A stretch of DNA of 64,000 nucleotides, from NCBI RefSeq assembly GCF_006345805.1, contig NC_043002.1, positions 74,400,001 to 74,464,000 of the forward strand, given 5' to 3'. Positions 58,670 through 64,000 of the stretch are shown one piece after another. This stretch comes from Octopus sinensis. Its lineage: Eukaryota. The position numbers were made by a program, and so were the translations under genes. The number at the start of each line of letters is the position of its first letter. The first letter of the stretch is position 1. A model generated the notes under the pieces. The model was not told the DNA's origin, did no database searches, and saw only the letters and a program-made list of their open reading frames with translations.

Positions 58670-59030
58670 AAAAACCAATGTGATTTACAAACTTGATTTT
58701 AAGCATGAAAGTTGTAAACTTCACGACTCCAACTCACCATACATTAACAACAAAAAGCAATCGCAAATCAAGAAGGGAAAAACATTAGTGAACAATACAT
58801 TTATACTATAAAGAATTAACTCGAACAAAAACAGGTGATCAACGATGGAAGCAAAATTCATAATCAAAGTGTGATGTTGAAAGAAACACAAATATCGCAC
58901 AGTAATCACAAAACAAAACTAAACACTCGACTAATAGCATATAAATCTTGCGGGCAAACCTTCAAATTTCAATTGTAATATCAACAGACGTGCACCAACC
59001 TGGTCCAGAAGATGAGACTACGACCAAAAT
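58670..59030 (+). mobile_element. Possible degraded PLE GIY-YIG remnant
   Basis: KTNVIYKLDFKHESC..PYI resembles xNVVYKFxC..YIG; otherwise heavily decayed. Confidence 0.35.
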
Positions 59031-59049
59031 ATGAAAAAAAAAAAAAATC

Positions 59050-59207
59050 CATCTTGACTGCGGCTATGCTGTAGCACTGCCTTGGGTTTTAGTCGAACAA
59101 ATCGAACTTATTCTAGTGGGCTCTTTTGCCGAACTGCTAAATTACAGGGACGTAAACACACCGCCACCGGTTGTCATGCGGTGGTGGGGAACAAACGCAG
59201 ACATATA

Positions 59208-59286
<79 letters not shown>

Positions 59287-59460
59287 ATATATATACGACG
59301 GGCTTCTTTCAGTTTCTGTCTACCAAATCCACTCACAAGGCCTTGGTCGGTCCGAGGCTATATATAGTAGAAGATACATGTCAAAGGTACCACGCAGTGG
59401 GATTGAGCCCGGAACCATATGGTTGGGAAGCATGTTTCTTACCACACAGCCACGCCTGCG
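59050..59460 (-). mobile_element. SINE family B
   Basis: Reverse complement of the B consensus with central (TA)n. Confidence 0.85.
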
Positions 59461-59524
59461 CCTAACCTGATTTGTTTTTTGAAGCTTATACGCTTATAAA
59501 CCGCTCCGTACTAATTGGTTCATA

Positions 59525-59680
59525 CAATTCTATATTTCTGAGATGAGGAATTCATATTATGTACGTTGTTTACATTGAGAGGACTGGTGTCCTCTTAAAT
59601 ACAAATTCTGATGAACTTCACTCTGATTAATGTAAATAGCGCGCATAGTGTCAATTCCTCATCTCAGAAATACAGAATTG
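59525..59680. mobile_element. 156-bp Tc1/mariner-type MITE
   Basis: 28-bp TIRs CAATTCT(A/G)TATTTCTGAGATGAGGAATT with one mismatch; TA target duplication at 59523-59524 and 59681-59682. Confidence 0.8.
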
Positions 59681-59744
59681 TATTCTGCGATGTCTATTTT
59701 TACCGAGGAAAAAACTTTGTGTCAATAATTTAGCGACTCGATAA

Positions 59745-59885
59745 ATAGAGATCGATAAAACAAATACCAGACTGAAAATAAAGACTGAGGATCGATATTG
59801 ATCGATTGAAAGAAAAAATGCACGAAGATGGTGCTTCAGCATGGTCGCGGTCCACTGTTTGAAACCAGTAAAAGAATAAAAGAAT
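59745..59885 (+). mobile_element. SINE family B tail, diverged
   Basis: GGTGCTTCAGCATGGTCGCGG..GAAACCAGTAAAAGAATAAAAGA. Confidence 0.6.
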
Positions 59886-60147
59886 CTGTGTATGTGTGCA
59901 TGTGTATGTTTGTATGTGTGTGTATGTGTGTGTGTGTGTATGTTTGTGTGTGTGTATGTGTGTGTGTGTGTGTGTGCGTGCGTCCTAATTTCAAGCTTTA
60001 TCAATTACTTGATATATATAATCTAAGACAAAACGACCATTCTCGTCAAGAAATGGAATGAGTTTACTACTACTACTACTACTACTGCTACTGCTGCTGC
60101 TGCTGCTGCTACTACTACTACTGCTGCTGCTGCTACTACTATTACTG

Positions 60148-60183
<36 letters not shown>

Positions 60184-60677
60184 GCTCACCACCACCACCT
60201 TCGATATTAAACTAACCTGACAAGGAATATTGATGACTTGGGTTATAAAACATCACATTTTACACAAGTGATTCGTTACCAAAGAAACAAGAAATTAACA
60301 ACAACAACAACAACAACAACAATAATAATGACGATAATAATTATAATAATCTAACACTGAAAAAAAAAACATTAATAAATCACTGAACGAATGCTGACAA
60401 GAAGGAAACAAACGAACTTTATCGACTTATCATCATTCTCAAGGAATCGGACAGGTTTTACCTGCTGAAACAGTTTGTTTCTGTAAACGCGTGCGTGCAG
60501 GTGTGCAAGTGTGTGCGTACGTGCATGCGTGTGTGCAGGGCATATGTGTGCGTGTGCGCGTGTTTGGTCTTGTATTTATTCACATACCTGTATACAGTTA
60601 CAGGTACATACGCATGAGCATGTACGAATGTGCATATTGGATAAACATGCATGAAAGTGCATGCACATATATACATA

Positions 60678-60945
60678 TATATCTTTACATTATGGCTGCC
60701 CCCTCGTTATCGAGTATGGCCATTGCACGAAGCTTAACTGTTCCTTGTGCTGTGATCGAATGTGACTTTTTAGCCCAGCTAAAGATCTACAATGTCTTGT
60801 ACAGAATTGGCAACTAAAACCTTTACTGGTAATAGTCGGCTGTAGTTGTAACTGGGCTTCATGTACCTTTGCATGTCGTTTAAGTCCTCTTGCCGAATTA
60901 CACTCTCTTCCACATGCCCGACAAATATGATTAGTATGGTGTGTT
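60678..60945 (-). mobile_element. 3' end of an RTE-type LINE encoding two C2H2 zinc fingers
   Basis: HICRACGRECNSARGLKRHAKVH (60861-60929) and FSCQFCTRHCRSLAGLKSHIRSQH (60747-60818), open frame. The tail TGGCCATACTCGATAACGA.GGGGCAGCCATAATG recurs at 61722-61775. Confidence 0.65.
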
Positions 60946-61380
60946 ACACCATGCATACATACATACATTTATTTGTATATATGTGTGTATGTGTGTGCTA
61001 CCGGGCAAAAAGAAGAGTCAAACATGTTTTTGTCAATTTAGCACCTTCAAGTGCATTTTATATTGCAGTTTAAATAACTTTTCCCCAAACCCAGCGATAC
61101 TTTCTGCATATTTTAAAAAAAACATGTTTTGAAAATTTTCATGTAGTGTTGTTGCTTCAGAAAATTCCCATATTTCATCTTTATATACTTGAAGATCAAT
61201 ATCTTCGGCAGACAGAAGAAAATAAAATGGTCCACACAGAAAACAGATGATAGGGTTGTTTTGAATTTGTTCTTTTTGATAAAAAGCTTGAGGAAATATT
61301 TAAAATGTCAAGACGTGTACGTTGACGTTTTTTAATGAATGTGCGCAAGAAGTTTCTCTTTATGTATAATTCAAAAGAGA

Positions 61381-61427
<47 letters not shown>

Positions 61428-61668
61428 ACCAGGCGTGTTATAAAACAATATTTGACATGTTCTCAGCACATGAAACTAATAGTAACACATAAAAACATAT
61501 GTTGTGCTTATTGAATAATATTTATCTCTCACCAGATGGAGTACTTTTTTTCTTTATCTGATCATCACTGAACAGTGCACTATATATATATATATACTTG
61601 GAAATGGATGCCTGGAGTTCAATTAAATGATAATATAAATAATATAGATATAGATGTATGTATGTATG

Positions 61669-61700
<32 letters not shown>

Positions 61701-61721
61701 TATGTATGTATGTATGTATAA

Positions 61722-61775
61722 CAGTTAAGCTTCGTGTAATGGCCATACTCGATAACGAAGGGGCAGCCATAATGC
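61722..61775 (+). mobile_element. 55-bp 3' tail of the same RTE-type family in (TATG)n
   Basis: Reverse complement of 60681-60740. Confidence 0.75.
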
Positions 61776-61777
61776 AT

Positions 61778-62265
61778 GTATGTATGTATGTATATATGCA
61801 TATATGGGTACAGGACGTCACCAACAGTAAACAACATGAAATACGAAAACAAATGACTAAAATACGCAGATAAGGAGAGAAAGAAAAGAAGTACTAAAAA
61901 GAATGACCCTTCATCAGTTGCCGGCTGTCTATCAACTCCCCATTTCGAGCAATCAACGGCAATATGAATCTTCGAAGACAGTTGCTTCCATAGATACCAA
62001 AATAAAATTTTGGATTTATGGAGGGCCAATGTTAGGAACAAAAACAGGACAGTGGAGACGTACAGGAAAACCGAACGAAAACAAACATGGTGAGTCGTTA
62101 GACCTGGATGGGGGGAAAATAGTGAACGCTGAGAGAAATATTTTCTTTGAAAAGAGAAAAGATAGAAGAGAAATGGGAGACGTCTAGTCCTCTTAAACTT
62201 TTTGATGCAATCTACTCTATTCTGTTTTCTCTCCTATCCTCTCTAATCCCTTTTTTCCCTTTCAC

Positions 62266-62303
<38 letters not shown>

Positions 62304-62792
62304 GCTCACACGTGACCATTGTCCATCTTTCTTTTCCTCCCGTGGCCATTTTTCCTGTACGGACGTTCTAAGGACTGGATGTCTCCCATCTCTCTCTTCT
62401 ATCTTTTCTCTTTTCAAAGAAAATATTTCTCTCAGCGTTCACTATTTTCCCCTCGTTCAGATGTAACGGCCTTCCATGTTTGTTTTCGTTCGGTTTCCCT
62501 GTACATCTCCACTGTCCTATTTTTGTTCCTAACTTTGACCCTCCATAAATCCAAAATTTTATTTTGGTATTTATGGGAGCAACTGTCTTCGAAGACTCAT
62601 ATTGTCATTGATTGTTCGAAATGGGGAGTCGGTAGACAGCTGACAACTGATGAAGGGTCATTCTTTGTATTACTTGTCCGTTTTTTTCTCTCTCGATATT
62701 TGCGTATTTAATTCATTTGTTTTCGTATTTCATATTGTTTACTGTTGGTGACGTCCTGTACTCATATATGCATATATACATACATACATATA
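61778..62792. repeat. ~420-bp-arm inverted repeat of family P3 (61778-62195 / 62369-62792)
   Basis: The ORF translations at 61619-62041(-) and 62319-62711(+) are near-identical; spacer of about 175 bp includes (CT)n. Confidence 0.9.
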
Positions 62793-62852
62793 TATTATTT
62801 ATATATTATTTATATTATTTATATTATATATATATTTATTATTTATATTATA

Positions 62853-63122
62853 TCACCGTGATCACCGAGACCGACCAGGCTATCAGATGCTGTTTTAGCC
62901 TTCAAATGACGCCACCCCGCGAACAGGCCAACAGTAGAAAGAGTCAGAGAAAGTTGTGGCGAAAGAGTACAGTAGGGATCGCCACCACCACCCTGCCGGA
63001 GACTCGTGGAGCTTTAGGTGTTTTCGCTCAATAAACACTCACAACGCCCGGTCGGGGAATCGAAACCGCGATCCTACGACCGCGAGTCCGCTGCCCTAAC
63101 CACTAGGCCATTGCGCCTCCAC
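62853..63122 (-). mobile_element. SINE family C
   Basis: Matches 43770-44080. Confidence 0.9.
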
Positions 63123-63215
63123 ATTTATATTATATATATATATGCATATATATGTGTATGTGTGTGTATATATATATATATATATATCTATATATATATA
63201 TATATATATATATAA

Positions 63216-63252
<37 letters not shown>

Positions 63253-63278
63253 GAGAACAGACAGACAGACAGACAGAC

Positions 63279-63327
<49 letters not shown>

Positions 63328-63391
63328 TAGATAGATAGATAGATAGATAGATATAAATATAAAATCCAGGGATCGAAATGTATATATGTTG

Positions 63392-63460
<69 letters not shown>

Positions 63461-63462
63461 AT

Positions 63463-63525
<63 letters not shown>

Positions 63526-63789
63526 AAGAGAGAACTCTTAGCTAGAGTAAGTTATGTTTGTGTGTGTGTGTGTGTATGTCTTCAAAGGAAAATAAATTCT
63601 ATACAGATGAATATTAAACATTATAATCTAGTTTTGGTGAAGGGAGACGCGGAATATTTTAAAATCCACAAGCTACGAAAGGTCTTTCTTTCTCTATCTA
63701 CTACGAAGAAAATACGTCCAGCTCTACGAAAAAGGTTCTACTGGAAGGGAGAAACGATATGACAAAGCTAAAACTATAAAAATCACAGA

Positions 63790-63920
63790 GGAACGAAGAC
63801 TGGAATTCTATATTCTTCAGGGAAGAAAGGCAATTCTGCAGCAACTGTCAAATGAGTTTTAAACTGTTGAGAACCATACGGTCTCCAAAAGGACAATTAC
63901 AAGATGATTAATAAATTTTG
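63790..63920 (+). mobile_element. Mariner N-terminal (HTH) remnant
   Basis: GILYS.GKKGNSAATVK and, after a frameshift, TVSKRTITR*L. Confidence 0.45.
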
Positions 63921-64000
63921 GGTTTTACCTCTAAAAGATGTGCTCAGAAGGCCTTTGCAAACTAAGAACAAATGTATTAGCACTTTGCGCGCGCGTGTGT

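Noticed and set aside
62610-62660. GAAA...CTGATGA in family P3 (also 49420, 50765, 61905) as a type II hammerhead
   Set aside because: Stem II pairing is weak, and stems I and III are inconsistent between copies.
925-63762. The great majority of ORFs in the track (poly-CV, HT, YI, I, L, ERKK and similar)
   Set aside because: They are translations of (TG)n, (CA)n, (TA)n, (TAA)n and (GAAA)n microsatellites or of SINE bodies, with no protein-like complexity.
1-64000. CRISPR arrays, prophage or viral genes, operons
   Set aside because: No repeat-spacer array with unique spacers and no dense coding region; the sequence is eukaryotic repeat-rich DNA.

Overview
This is AT-rich, microsatellite-saturated animal DNA. 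The tRNA-derived SINE families and the repeat make-up look like an Octopus genome (inferred from sequence recognition; no database search was run). I cannot support any complete protein-coding gene, and most ORFs in the track are translated microsatellites. The window is an intronic or intergenic patchwork of four kinds of sequence. (1) About 50 SINE copies from four families. (2) (TAA)n-targeted R4/Dong LINE 3' fragments, an RTE-like 3' end with two C2H2 fingers, and Penelope-like (PLE) remnants and termini. (3) Dead mariner and piggyBac-like transposases, a Helitron helicase remnant with a complete non-autonomous partner, and several foldback/MITE elements. (4) A 140-bp 28S rRNA fragment fused to a retroposon 3' end. 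The most striking signal is a set of hammerhead ribozyme (HHR) folds from at least four unrelated repeat families. One family occurs as three copies in an inverted array (26.4-29.3 kb), and its ribozyme is better conserved than its flanks. Another family carries a non-canonical core, CUGU(U/G)GA, in three dispersed copies. Other leads are a codon-phased Asp/Phe/His repeat, a miRNA-like hairpin, a 30-nt candidate exon and a p53-type/E-box motif cluster. Coordinates of degraded repeats are approximate (about +/-20 bp); HHR, TIR and splice-site coordinates were read base by base.
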